Notes: generated by a model not told the origin, from the letters alone. Numbered from the stretch's first letter, positions 41,901 through 50,874 are shown. The stretch is DNA of 64,000 nt from Candidatus Obscuribacteraceae bacterium (GCA_044226015.1 JBGAHS010000004.1:96001-160000); one strand, 5' to 3'. Made by a program: numbers and translations.

Positions 41901-44900
41901 TTGCGGTGATGTTGGCTCCGATGTTGATATTGCCGTTTGTGCCAGTGCTTGTTTTTAGTGTTACTTTGTTGCCAGTAATCGCACTCTTTACGTCGATGTT
42001 GCCAGCTGCGTTCACATCGACGCTGCCTGTGCCGGTCACAGTTCCACCGATTGATGTTCCGCCGCTGGGTCCTGCGTTCGTCAAAGCGATATCGACACCG
42101 CTGATGGTCGCTGTCGTGCTGATGTTGTTATCTGATTTCAGAGTCACATTTCCAGAGCTGGAAACAGGTCCTTTAATCGTGATGCTTCCGCTTGAGCCAG
42201 CCGCAGTGGACATATCTATGCTGCTGCCGTTGATCAAGCTTGAACTGCTCAGGTCACCCTTGGCTGATAGAATGACTGCCCCTGTGCCGTTCAGCGAACC
42301 ACCGAGTGTCATGCTACCAATGGTGCCGGTATTTGTTAGGGTGATTGTGGTACCTTTAATGGAAGCACCAGTCACGATGTCGTTGTCTGATTGAATCAAA
42401 ACAGCCTTTGTACTGTTTAGCACACCACCTGCATTGACGTTGCCACCAGAACCTGCGCTGGTAGACATTGTGATACCATCGCCCTTGATTTGGTTGCTGG
42501 TACTCAAGTCTCCACGAGCTGCCAATGTGACGAGTCCGCTGCCTGTGATGGTTCCACCGATCTTAATATTGCCTGTGGTGCCGGAGTTATGAACATTGAT
42601 GTTCACACCTGTGATGGAACCACTGGTGGTGATGTTGTTGTCTGCTGCAATGTCAGCATCAGCTGTAACATTTATCGAGCCCCCAAGACTCACGCTGCCG
42701 CTTGAACCTGCAGAAGTTGATACAGCCAGAGTTCCCGCTGATATCGGACTGCTTGTACTTAAGTCACCTTTTGCTGAAAGTGTGACGAGTCCGGTACCAG
42801 TTATTGTTCCTCCAACTTTAATAGTTCCACTTGAACCAGTGTTCTGCAGTGTTATGGCTGTGCCACTTAGCGTGTTGCTTGTGGTTATATTTCCATCGGA
42901 TAAGACGTCAATCGTGCTTCCTGTGCTGGTCACCTTATTATCAATAGATATGGCACCACCCGACAGGTTTTGTGTCTGAAGAGTGATTCCAACACCTTGA
43001 ATAACGTTCTGCACGTTGAGGTTGCCTGCCGCTGTCACTGAGACAGCTCCGGCACCAGTGATTTTGTTGTTGACGTTAATGGCGCCCTGGTTGCTAATAG
43101 AAATCGCGTTTCCAGAAACCTGTCCATCTAAAGAGAGTACACTTGCTTGTCCCGTGAACACGATAGAGCTGAGTGTCGAACCTGCACTCAATCCATTGAT
43201 TGTGACAGCGCTTGTGTTGCTGTCGTCGATAAAGACTCCGCCGCCAGCGCTAGAGCTATTGGTGCTGGCCGTCACTGTGCTTGCATTAGTTTTTATATTG
43301 AATAAGCTCGTTCCTATTGTGCCAGTTCCAGAGCTAATATTCAGTACAGACGTCTGAATGGTCGGAGCCAACTGTGCTGTGTCTGCTATCGTGCCAGTTC
43401 CGTTTGCACTGATGCTCACTGAATTTGCGTTAGGGTTGTTTAGACCAGCTATCTGCGCAGCGATTACAAAGCTGCCGTTATTAGTAGAGCTCAAGTTGAG
43501 ATTGTCTGCTGATAGTGCCCCGTCAAGAGAGAGAGTTCCGCCCACTCCAGTGTAAGTCAAATTGAAGTTGCTACCGGACGACGCCAACAATGATGCAGCA
43601 GCAGCACTTGATGTCAGGAAAACATTTCCGATCGCATTTGCAGAAATTATTGGAGCGCTGCTGCTGATGCTTGCGCCAGGTCCACCAATACCACCTGAAC
43701 CTGCGGTCATGGTCAGCTTAGCGGCGGTGATTGATGAGCCAGGAACTGCTGTTATCGCACCAGAAGCCCCAGTGCTTAGGGACACATTTGCTGTGCCAGC
43801 GTTGAGATTTCCCTGTAATGCAATATTGTTGTTGAAGGTGCCAGCCAGGGGAGCGAACCCTCCTTTAAAGAGCGTTCCATTGCTTACAACTGTGGTGCCT
43901 TTCAGCTGAGAATCAGACGCACTAATCGTCACATTCCCTGCCGTATCGCCTGTGCTGTTGATAGCAGCGACCGTTACTCCGTTCTGTCCGATGATCGATA
44001 TTGCACCGGCTGAGCTATCTTTTCCGATTGACGATGTATTGATTGAACCAAGCGCTATAGAACCATTATGTGCGACTGCAAGTAAAGTACCACTCTTCAC
44101 ATTCGGTGCTGTAGAACTTAAATCAATAGACACCCCGGACAGGTTTATTGAGCCACCCGTCGATTGCGATGTTACGGTGTAAGTACTCGCGTTCGGACCA
44201 ACCTGTCCACCAGTAGGCGGTGCGAAGTTGTAACCGGCGATGAGAGTGAGGTCGCCACCGAATGTGCTACCGGGAATGTTGTTGCCAGCAAGGTTGATGC
44301 TGGTTAAACCTGTGCTGTTAATGTTGCCGCTTGCAAGAATAGCCAGTGAACTGCCCACAAAGGTGAGGCTTGTTGGCAGGTTTACATCGCCTTGTGAGTT
44401 CGCGATTACTCCAGCTAGGCCTGGAGCTCCGACGATTAGTGGGTTTCCAGTTATTTTTCCGCCGTTAGACTGAATATAGTTAGGCGTCTTGAGCCAGACC
44501 ATAGAGTCACCATCTACAAGTATATTTGGTATTGCACCACCAGCTTGGATAAACTGGGTTCCACTTTGTGCTGTTATCACAGCCGGTCCTCTCAGGTGCT
44601 GATCTCCTGCGAAGGTAATCGAGCCAATGTTTCCTGGCGTAGGGTAAGGGGCTGAAATATTTATCTGCGCAGTGCCTCCTCCCGACACTTTCAACGTACC
44701 GGCCCCCGCACTAGCGTAAAAGAACAATGATGAATTCACTCCAGCAGAAATGTTCAGCTCGCCGTTAAGACTGTTGGACTCAATTAGACCGCTGTTGTCT
44801 ACGCTTAGGGTTTTGCCAGAAATGCCGTTGATTTCAACGTTGCTGCCGGTAATTTCACCTCCCTTACCGTTTATCAAAGTGATTAAGTCTAACCTCACCG

Positions 44901-47900
44901 GTCCAGCAAATGTTTGAGTCGTGTTGTTGAGGATTACTTGCGCAGTCGGTGCACTCAAGCTGAAACTGCTAGCTGAGCTCGAAAGCCAGTTTACGATTGC
45001 CGCAATCGAATCCGTAGCCAGTGTCACAGCGCCCTGGGTGTTGGCACTGAAAGAGCTTACCTCCAAATTACTTGCGCTATCGTTGAATCCGATGCTGATG
45101 TCGTGCGAGCCAGGTGCAGAACTGCTGCCCAGATCAGCTAATTTGAGCATTCCCTTAAATACGACTGATGGTGAGGAAAGTGGTCCAGTCTGAGAAATGC
45201 CACCGCTGCCGGTGCCCGATGAAGATGAAGTTAGTTCCACGTTTCCGCCAGCACTGATCGAGCCTACGAGTATGGCGCCATTACCATTGCTGTCTGGAGA
45301 CGTCTTTAAAGCTATCTCTCCGCTCGTCGTGCTTACTGACTGAGCGATTACAGAACCCGTACTTTGCAAATCAATTTTGCCCAGGTTCATTGAAACGTTC
45401 AGTGTTGTTGGCGATGTGCCGTTTGCTGTAATCAGTCTGATTATGCCGTTCGTATCATCATTGTTGCTTATAGATGCTGTCAGGTTTCCAGTGAAGATTG
45501 CTGGAGTCCCATCCATTTGAAGGATGGAAGCGTTACTCGGAGCGCTTTGATTCAAGACAAGCGAAACTGTAGGTGCTGTTATTTTTGCTCCAGAGTCTAT
45601 GGTCAAGCCGACACCCGCTCCAGTGCCACCATCGGACACCAGCAGAGAAAAGACTCCTGCTGCTGAGTTGCTGCCCACTAGATGTGTGTCAGGCACAAGG
45701 GTGCTCAAATACGCATCGCCGTTAGTCGAATTTATGTTCGCTTTAACGGCAAAGAATGCGAAAGGCAATAAGACAGTGCCGATGCTCTTATCTGCCGACA
45801 CAATGAGCGTATTGCCCATTACACCGCCACCACCATTGGTGATAGTGCCACTCGATTTAAAGGTTGTGTTCCCTGCTGAAAGTAAATCAAAGGTAACGTT
45901 AACATCACCTGTGTTTACAGTGACGACGTCGTCTGTGCGACCAACCAACGGAATTTTGCCTCCGGATAAGCCCCCAGACTGAGGAACTTCGCTTTGTCCA
46001 CCACCACCTGAAACTGTTGCTGCTCCACCTTTGCCAGCTGTGTAACCAGGCGGCGTATTAGTACCTCCGTCACCGCCACCGCCGGTTGCATTACCATTTG
46101 CTCCATATCCGTTGATTGGTGGGAAGGTGAAACCTGTTCCGCCTGCGCCGCCACCGAATACGCCACCACCTTGACCTCCACCGTTCACCTGGTCAGAAGA
46201 GCCTCCACCGCCCCCGCCACCAGCGTGCATATAAGGATGGTCTACTACTGAGCTGATATACAAGCCACCAGCGCCACCGCCGCCTGCGCCGCTGTTCTGA
46301 CCGGAGTAGCCACCGCCACCGCCGGCACCACCGCCGCCACCGCCGCCCCAGCTAGCTCCGCCACCACCACCGCCACCACCTGCGTAGGGTGGTCCTGCTG
46401 GTGTGTAAATTCCGCCAGTTCCGCCATCTGCGCCGTCCAGCGCCACTATGAGATTAGTCACGCTGAGAGAGCCCGCGTTTGATATGTTGACTTTGCCTGC
46501 CAGACCGCCCTTTCCACCGATGGGTGCTGGTGCTCCAAAATTTGCAGCACCACTTCCACCACCACCACCACCACCAGAGGTGTTGATCATATTTTGAACA
46601 GTGATGGAACCCTGAGATGTGAGAGTGACGTTTCCACCTGCACCTCCTGCGCCTCCGTCAGCTGCTTTGTTAGGGAACTTGCCTAGCGGCGTTTCGCCGA
46701 AACCGCCACCGCCGCCACCGCCATAAGCAAGAATATTGCGAGCTGAAATAAGTCCGCCAATGATGCTTATATTTCCAGCGCTGCCTCCAGCTTGTGCAGT
46801 ACCAGCCGAACTTGTGTAACCGCCACCACCACCGGTGACAACGTCATTTACGGTGACTTTTGCGTGAGGTGTACCAGAACCGATTCCTCTAAATGTTGTA
46901 TCAGTTATAGCGCCGGTTTGGTCGACTGAATATGATCCGAAAAGTGATGTGGCGATAATATCAACGTTTCCGCCCTGTAGCTGACCACCTGCGAATACAT
47001 CGTCAATTTTTATGCTGTCCTGGTCAACGGGGGGAGCGAAAGCGCTTACGACTAGCACGTTACCTGCGGTATTTGCCGTGCTGCTTGTGTTAATTGAATA
47101 ATCTGGTGAGCTTGTCAGCGAGATAGCTCCAAGAGACAAAATATTGACGTTTCCGCCATTTTTGTTCGTTGATGATGTGTTGAACAATGATGTTGATGGG
47201 AGGCTAGTTAAAGTAATGCCGCCGCCAAGTCCGGCTTGATCTAGATGAGCTGTGACTGTTTTAGTGTTGGTATCGATGTCTACTACGCAACCCGACGCCA
47301 GGTAAATGTTGCCAACTGTTTTGCCGACCCCTTTGCTTGTGTCATACGACACGGTGCCTTCGATTGCGCCTGAAGCAAAAACAAAGATGTCGCTGCCTGA
47401 GAGTATTTTGCCACTAGCGTTGATTTTGTCAGCTGCGCTGGCAAGCATGACATAATTTGAGCCAGTTACGTTGTTGACCGTAATCGGTCCGGCAAGAGCC
47501 CAAGCGTTAACTGTCTTCCCATAAATCTGATCAGTCACAGAAATATCTGTACCCGCTAACAATGTAATGTCGGCATTAGCACTCGTGCTCATCGATGGAG
47601 CTCCGCCCGTCAAGCTCGTTGCGCCTCCGCCTGTGAGCCCAGGATTCGATGGAGCAAGCCCTCCCTTACCCGGATTGTAGCCACCGCCGTCTCCTCCAGC
47701 ACTTGTTGTGGCAGACTTGCCGTCGGTGTTCGGTTGACCTGGAATTCCGAGTCCGCCAGCTCCGAAACCGAATACGCCTCCACCAGCGCCACCATAAACC
47801 TGGCCAGAACCGGCTTCGGCTGATGAGCCGCCACCACCATTTGGGTTAGCCCACGGCGCGCCAGAGTAGTTGTATCCGGCACCGCCGCCACCGCCTCCGG

Positions 47901-50319
47901 TGACATTGGGCGTCAAATCCCAACCATACTGTCCGCCACCGCCTCCGGCTCCACCGAAGCCGCCACCGCCACCGCCACCACCTACATTGCCAGTGAATTG
48001 CGCCGTTCCACCGCTGCCGCCGTCTACTGCAAAAATTCGGCCTGCGATGATATTGTTTGCGGCGATGCTAACTGTGCCCGCCTTACCTCCGGTTCCTATA
48101 TTGCTTGAGTCTGTAGATCCGGTATTGTGGTTAGAGTAGATGCCCTGGCCACCACCGCCACCTCCCGAGCTGTTGATCTCGACAGCTGATATTGTGTCTG
48201 AAGCGCTGAATAAGCTTATACTTCCGCCTGATCCACCGTTTCCGGCTGCGAGAGCGAATTGGTTTGCTCTATCGATGCCGCCACCGCCGCCACCGCCACC
48301 GTAGGCGATGAGGTTCCCTAATTGAGCACTTCCCCACGCATTTACGGTTATCGAACCGCCATTGCCACCGTTCATGCTTGAGGCGCCACCACCACCTGCT
48401 GTGATAATATCTTGTGTGCTTATGGCTGCCGTTGAGCCTGATATTGGGGAGCCGATAGTGTAGCTACCTGAAAGCTGTCCTGTCTGATCAAAGCTTATAG
48501 TTCCGCTTACAGATTCATTGCCAATGTGGACGTTTCCACCACTGTTTTGACCAGCGGCGTTGATTCCGCCGATTGTAATCCCTGACAGACCGCCTGGGTT
48601 TTTCGTATTTGTAATGATCGTAACGTCACCGGCCTTGCCGCCGGTGTTGTTTGCGCTATGAGCGCTGGTGTCTATCACGCTGGTTGATGGCAGGTCTATT
48701 TTGCCTTTTGCACCTGTTGCATCTGTCAGGGCGACAATGGTTACGTTACCGGCGTTACCGTCAGCAGACGAAGAGTTTATTACCGGAACGGTAGTACTCG
48801 CGCTAAAGTTGACATTCCCTCCCGTTCCTACCTGTGCCAGGTCTACGCTCACAGTGCCGCTTGTCAGCTGTAGAGGCGCTGTACCGCCCTGGTCGAACGG
48901 TGGGTCGCTGGTGGCGCCGGTAGTGCCTGAAACTGTTGCAACAGCACCAGCAATGATGTACACATTGGCCCCCTGACCAGATAGGGTGCTAGTGTCAATC
49001 TGTCCACTGGCAGTCGTCGTAATGTCTCCAGCAGCGATTATTGCGAGGTTAGTGTCTGGTCCATTTGTCACTTTTCCGGTTATAAGTATGTTGCCGGCTG
49101 TATTGACGAATGTGGGGTCACCCAAAAGTATATTGTCGCCCAGTGTAAGTAGCTTGGTGGCCGCACTGAAGTGTTCTATTGCTGCGCAAGAATGAAGAAC
49201 TCCCGTTACGTCTCCGAGATGGCTCTCGATGGTACCTTGTCCACCAAAGAGGTTTAGACTTTGAGATAGGTAGTCGCCGCCAGTCATATTTATGTTGTTG
49301 ATGGCGCTGCTTACAGAATCTCTCACCGTTATGTTGCCTGCCAGCGCCTGGAATGTGCCTCCAGTTGCGTTGATGTTCAGATCAACACCTGGGTTTGTAT
49401 TGATAAAGATGTTACCCGTTGCCGAGTTTACAAGTCCCGCATTGGTCAAGTTGCCTGCGCCCGTAAACAAGCTGATGTTGCTTGCCGCACTCATAACTGC
49501 GTTGGCGGAGTTGACGACGTTGCCACCTGCAATCAAATTGAGAGCACCAGAGCTGCTGATCGTGCCGCTGTTGCTGATGTTGTTTGCTGCTTGCAGCGTA
49601 AGGCTCAGAGGTGTGGACGATAGGTTTGTTGTTATCAGCCCGGAGTTAACGATGTTCAACGCTGAGATGTTCGCATTCGCTGCGCCACCAGATGCGATAC
49701 CGCTGATTGTTCCATTGTTAATCAGGTCACCTGAGACTGCGACATTTTGAGTTGGCGAGAAAACACTTAATGCTGTGACATTCTGTGGAACTGTGATTGC
49801 TGCCGCGCCGCGAGACAGGTAGTTGAGGCTGAATCTGCCGCCTGTTGCTGCCCCATTGTCTCCAAGCATGAGCGATTGATTCCCGGTCGCCAGCATTTGC
49901 CTGATAGCAGCATATTGTGCCGCAGTTACTGAATCACCAGGGTGGAAAGTTTGAAGCGCTCCGTTTACGTTGATTGCAACGTCTTGCTGTCCTCTGAATG
50001 TTGAATTGGCCAGAATGATGCTTTGAACAGCGGAGGAAAGGTCCAAGTTGAGCCCGCTAGTTATGCTACCGGATGTTGCAGCCGAACTCATTTGCTGACC
50101 TGAGCCGTGTACTGATACTGCTCCGGTGAATCGCGGTGTTGAATTCTGTCCGACAAGATTGTTGACGTGGCTGACCGCACCAGGGCGACTCATTTGCGGG
50201 GCATCGGCAGCGTAAGCAGCATTTGCAGACACAAGGATGAAAAGGCTCGTTTTTAATGCTGCATATCTTTTGACTTGCAGCGATTTCTTTTGAGCCAGTC
50301 TGAGTGCTGATTTCTGCAT
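35923..50319 (-). CDS. Giant (4,798 aa) secreted beta-helical, haemagglutinin-like, glycine-rich surface protein
   Basis: Single uninterrupted ORF; GGAGGT RBS before ATG 50319; Sec-type signal ending AYA; G/S/T/N-rich beta-solenoid repeats (GGNITL/GSISL type); polyglycine modules; distinct C-terminal domain. Confidence 0.88.
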   Translation of the reverse strand: MQKSALRLAQKKSLQVKRYAALKTSLFILVSANAAYAADAPQMSRPGAVSHVNNLVGQNSTPRFTGAVSVHGSGQQMSSAATSGSITSGLNLDLSSAVQSIILANSTFRGQQDVAINVNGALQTFHPGDSVTAAQYAAIRQMLATGNQSLMLGDNGAATGGRFSLNYLSRGAAAITVPQNVTALSVFSPTQNVAVSGDLINNGTISGIASGGAANANISALNIVNSGLITTNLSSTPLSLTLQAANNISNSGTISSSGALNLIAGGNVVNSANAVMSAASNISLFTGAGNLTNAGLVNSATGNIFINTNPGVDLNINATGGTFQALAGNITVRDSVSSAINNINMTGGDYLSQSLNLFGGQGTIESHLGDVTGVLHSCAAIEHFSAATKLLTLGDNILLGDPTFVNTAGNILITGKVTNGPDTNLAIIAAGDITTTASGQIDTSTLSGQGANVYIIAGAVATVSGTTGATSDPPFDQGGTAPLQLTSGTVSVDLAQVGTGGNVNFSASTTVPVINSSSADGNAGNVTIVALTDATGAKGKIDLPSTSVIDTSAHSANNTGGKAGDVTIITNTKNPGGLSGITIGGINAAGQNSGGNVHIGNESVSGTISFDQTGQLSGSYTIGSPISGSTAAISTQDIITAGGGGASSMNGGNGGSITVNAWGSAQLGNLIAYGGGGGGGGIDRANQFALAAGNGGSGGSISLFSASDTISAVEINSSGGGGGGQGIYSNHNTGSTDSSNIGTGGKAGTVSIAANNIIAGRIFAVDGGSGGTAQFTGNVGGGGGGGGFGGAGGGGGQYGWDLTPNVTGGGGGGAGYNYSGAPWANPNGGGGSSAEAGSGQVYGGAGGGVFGFGAGGLGIPGQPNTDGKSATTSAGGDGGGYNPGKGGLAPSNPGLTGGGATSLTGGAPSMSTSANADITLLAGTDISVTDQIYGKTVNAWALAGPITVNNVTGSNYVMLASAADKINASGKILSGSDIFVFASGAIEGTVSYDTSKGVGKTVGNIYLASGCVVDIDTNTKTVTAHLDQAGLGGGITLTSLPSTSLFNTSSTNKNGGNVNILSLGAISLTSSPDYSINTSSTANTAGNVLVVSAFAPPVDQDSIKIDDVFAGGQLQGGNVDIIATSLFGSYSVDQTGAITDTTFRGIGSGTPHAKVTVNDVVTGGGGGYTSSAGTAQAGGSAGNISIIGGLISARNILAYGGGGGGGFGETPLGKFPNKAADGGAGGAGGNVTLTSQGSITVQNMINTSGGGGGGGSGAANFGAPAPIGGKGGLAGKVNISNAGSLSVTNLIVALDGADGGTGGIYTPAGPPYAGGGGGGGGASWGGGGGGGAGGGGGYSGQNSGAGGGGAGGLYISSVVDHPYMHAGGGGGGGSSDQVNGGGQGGGVFGGGAGGTGFTFPPINGYGANGNATGGGGDGGTNTPPGYTAGKGGAATVSGGGGQSEVPQSGGLSGGKIPLVGRTDDVVTVNTGDVNVTFDLLSAGNTTFKSSGTITNGGGGVMGNTLIVSADKSIGTVLLPFAFFAVKANINSTNGDAYLSTLVPDTHLVGSNSAAGVFSLLVSDGGTGAGVGLTIDSGAKITAPTVSLVLNQSAPSNASILQMDGTPAIFTGNLTASISNNDDTNGIIRLITANGTSPTTLNVSMNLGKIDLQSTGSVIAQSVSTTSGEIALKTSPDSNGNGAILVGSISAGGNVELTSSSSGTGSGGISQTGPLSSPSVVFKGMLKLADLGSSSAPGSHDISIGFNDSASNLEVSSFSANTQGAVTLATDSIAAIVNWLSSSASSFSLSAPTAQVILNNTTQTFAGPVRLDLITLINGKGGEITGSNVEINGISGKTLSVDNSGLIESNSLNGELNISAGVNSSLFFYASAGAGTLKVSGGGTAQINISAPYPTPGNIGSITFAGDQHLRGPAVITAQSGTQFIQAGGAIPNILVDGDSMVWLKTPNYIQSNGGKITGNPLIVGAPGLAGVIANSQGDVNLPTSLTFVGSSLAILASGNINSTGLTSINLAGNNIPGSTFGGDLTLIAGYNFAPPTGGQVGPNASTYTVTSQSTGGSINLSGVSIDLSSTAPNVKSGTLLAVAHNGSIALGSINTSSIGKDSSAGAISIIGQNGVTVAAINSTGDTAGNVTISASDSQLKGTTVVSNGTLFKGGFAPLAGTFNNNIALQGNLNAGTANVSLSTGASGAITAVPGSSITAAKLTMTAGSGGIGGPGASISSSAPIISANAIGNVFLTSSAAAASLLASSGSNFNLTYTGVGGTLSLDGALSADNLNLSSTNNGSFVIAAQIAGLNNPNANSVSISANGTGTIADTAQLAPTIQTSVLNISSGTGTIGTSLFNIKTNASTVTASTNSSSAGGGVFIDDSNTSAVTINGLSAGSTLSSIVFTGQASVLSLDGQVSGNAISISNQGAINVNNKITGAGAVSVTAAGNLNVQNVIQGVGITLQTQNLSGGAISIDNKVTSTGSTIDVLSDGNITTSNTLSGTAITLQNTGSSGTIKVGGTITGTGLVTLSAKGDLSTSSPISAGTLAVSTSAGSSGSVSLGGSINVTADADIAADNNITTSGSITGVNINVHNSGTTGNIKIGGTITGSGLVTLAARGDLSTSNQIKGDGITMSTSAGSGGNVNAGGVLNSTKAVLIQSDNDIVTGASIKGTTITLTNTGTIGSMTLGGSLNGTGAVILSAKGDLSSSSLINGSSIDMSTAAGSSGSITIKGPVSSSGNVTLKSDNNISTTATISGVDIALTNAGPSGGTSIGGTVTGTGSVDVNAAGNIDVKSAITGNKVTLKTSTGTNGNINIGANITATDAVATDVGVTLDADGVGAVTQTTGVIGSSGSIVSIKSASGDLGTVGSNLVVNTATVTANTAGNVFVRSAGSATTLDNSSGNIFQITALGNLTVGGKSGGLNANFISLSTLNNGNLTIAAPINGLAGFGNNASTVNLTVSGTGAVSDTSLSSQTISADTLTLTAFTGDIGKSATPLTTNAASMSANTKGSVYVANTNKGVVLLGASSGKDFNLTTETVSLSANSTFSGTATITTNMLTNPSNTIFTAGTINVTNDSPALPLGPLTVNNGGALVANGVGGSINITSAPDQTLFLGNNGGSTPGTLQIGAQSTAINITAQAKSPTATNQVIFTGNQNFIGDTVINANDSTSQEVTVNTGVTVQGFSKVTVNSNTLNLQGVLIGNPLIFNSPTGFGTIANSQGNVLLSNSSSFVFHGQSLAIIAANNIIALNPILIDLSSNDGKFNGGNGGSLNLLAGFNFTPGTGGQVGPNGVLYQISQSPNAQGGSIQMGNVNIKTSTTFTGALGGNVLAAAHAGSLNNGSITLGTIDSSADASTGTGGNITLIGNGISVGNIKTTADVSGNVTLSSAAPQILGTIVVQNGNFTVGTVQPDPTTYAGNIVVNSINAAGSSIQMQSGGTGSITVLPSAAINAAFVDIISGGAGGIKLSGSSSMNATTMNLTAGSAGIQQTDSTALITTVGTLSLVTTGGDIGSSSIPLNISSPTFSANASGTSSVYITDQHSSSDITIEDSSAGGTFQVLASSAVAHDIVTGLAASISSPTISITSTTGNINVTTGTVNKLSFVANQGTVTLGSNTVSVVPDANGNGGSITLNAATIAPPSATTLTLNANGTGNGNGGTIIFTSGVSSALTATLVLNANAAGTGNGGTVQYTSSNTAPLAIGSGAANLQINATGGSVGSSAGDGGTASISTGGSLTIDPSQLNVGPQGSSGSGSSIALTAGTGLTSATLTINASALSNSGVGNGNGGSFSFRAPNFGYLNSGTQALSLTANGAGTGSGGSITYNVDNISPLTIGGGANSLNLSASSGQKGGNGGAIHVVAGGNLNANPANMFVQPLGTNGNGGTIDLEAGRNVAASEGLLVVTGTINNNGKGTGTGGVVNLTSRSKTDFTIGNPSTLNGITGGITVTGTTNGDVSVTNNSGGIDNSFIPKNTTFGPGLIAKVRNLSFVAGNGNITIGNPLGTANLTESIVLSAGGNVIEKFPAIIVSAKSVALTSATGTLGSTKTAFKVTASNVTAVASGLININDTTTTGVTIGTSSAGGTFTFSTPSAITTTGVINSGTGISASNNVTLTATGANKGITIGESIVALGGTIKLTANGKGAISDTFANRPDSLQASTLLLTGGAIGQIGTSPIALRVTASNVTNKTTGLINIASSGTGPITLAAFKTTNPFNLTAQGDVTLSAASSASTIQIATGNNGSVNINGNLGTASTTSLAITAGGSGNITTATTKVIVAAKSVTLASGTGNIQAPAGAAMTVSTPLLAANTSGAGSVNISDTGTANTTLANSSAGGKFTLLAAGSLTLNNISSTGSTGGGISVTSKGSALTTTGAINSKSGDILLNASKTSAKITIGGSVVTEGASGAGNVSIGIGTLPFATGAGTATGNVTLNPTGTGTINLGVSGITGPSSGSATINAKNAAVVISTGAKGKANQIVLQAGALITGDPPDGFASNAMDTNSAFSSSANSQPAAPTHNAINQAFGVASQTSESASPAVTPLSNYSQNGLIYGYASYQDRIHAGANAAGLALTTQQNSTVNRTDLATASIAAGFNRTGNFTSWGQSDALTRSELAAFFCGNNKLGINGSSTATEIKKIASTAESETYELNYGSSVFAAEKDTCVLTPEGKVHIAAKSVALLMVSSGGLAVFNFDDAHANAVRIESNGKTIPVAPCHQATLVTGSKLTFADANPLQAIAYRGIESKKLSHNQTLFSAEFHLPQAASIVGPLKEIMSSGNPQMTKLKSRMLKTSAIVMMMNQKKGIFQQQLKKAITAYAQ
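41881..42900 (-). repeat. Four tandem 85-aa (255-bp) repeats within the giant protein
   Basis: Units start at 42900, 42645, 42390 and 42135 (SDGNITT/ADNNITT/SDNDIVT/SDNNIST...GGTITGxGxVTLxAxGDL...). Confidence 0.85.
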
Positions 50320-50874
50320 GTAGAAAACCTCCGGATGAAACGCGTCTAACACTAGATTGTGCAGACTAAATTGTCCCGAGGGTAGCAACTTTTAAGTTAT
50401 CCTGTCTATGGGAGTCTTGCGAGTATTCTCAAATAAGAAGATTACCTTTCCTCAAGGAAATACTAACTCAGTCATGTGGCTACAATTCAGTACTGATTTA
50501 CCTTTTCGCCGTTTCTTTTTTCGCTAATCTGTATGCTAGATTACAATTTATGCCGCGAATTGTATTTACACTAAGACAGAAAGCTGAGCATCGAGAATTA
50601 AAAATGTTCGCAAAGTTACTACAGTAGTTGTTAAACGACAAACGATAGGCAGTCAATATACAGACGAATCAATTGCTTGAAGCGTCTGATAGCAAAACGC
50701 AAACATTGACTCTTTTAAGAACAGTCTGTCATTCGATAGCATCTCTAGCGGAGTAATTAATGTGTTTTGACTGTTAGCGTTCGGAAAATTAGGGGCATCG
50801 TATTTGGTGGCGCTGCGAACAAGCTTTGTATGAATTGGCTTGGGTGTTAATGTGCAGCTGGATGCTGGTCTGTC

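Noticed and set aside
36094..49750. Many plus-strand ORFs (e.g. 36953-37675, 37922-38800) opposite the giant gene
   Set aside because: Antisense shadows of a G/T/S/N-rich coding strand, giving P/V/L-rich translations with no recognisable domains.
50319..50388. Upstream extension of the giant ORF given by the track (likewise for nusB, rsmD, cdsA, ftcD, csaB, ispG)
   Set aside because: Internal starts agree better with RBS position and family N-termini.
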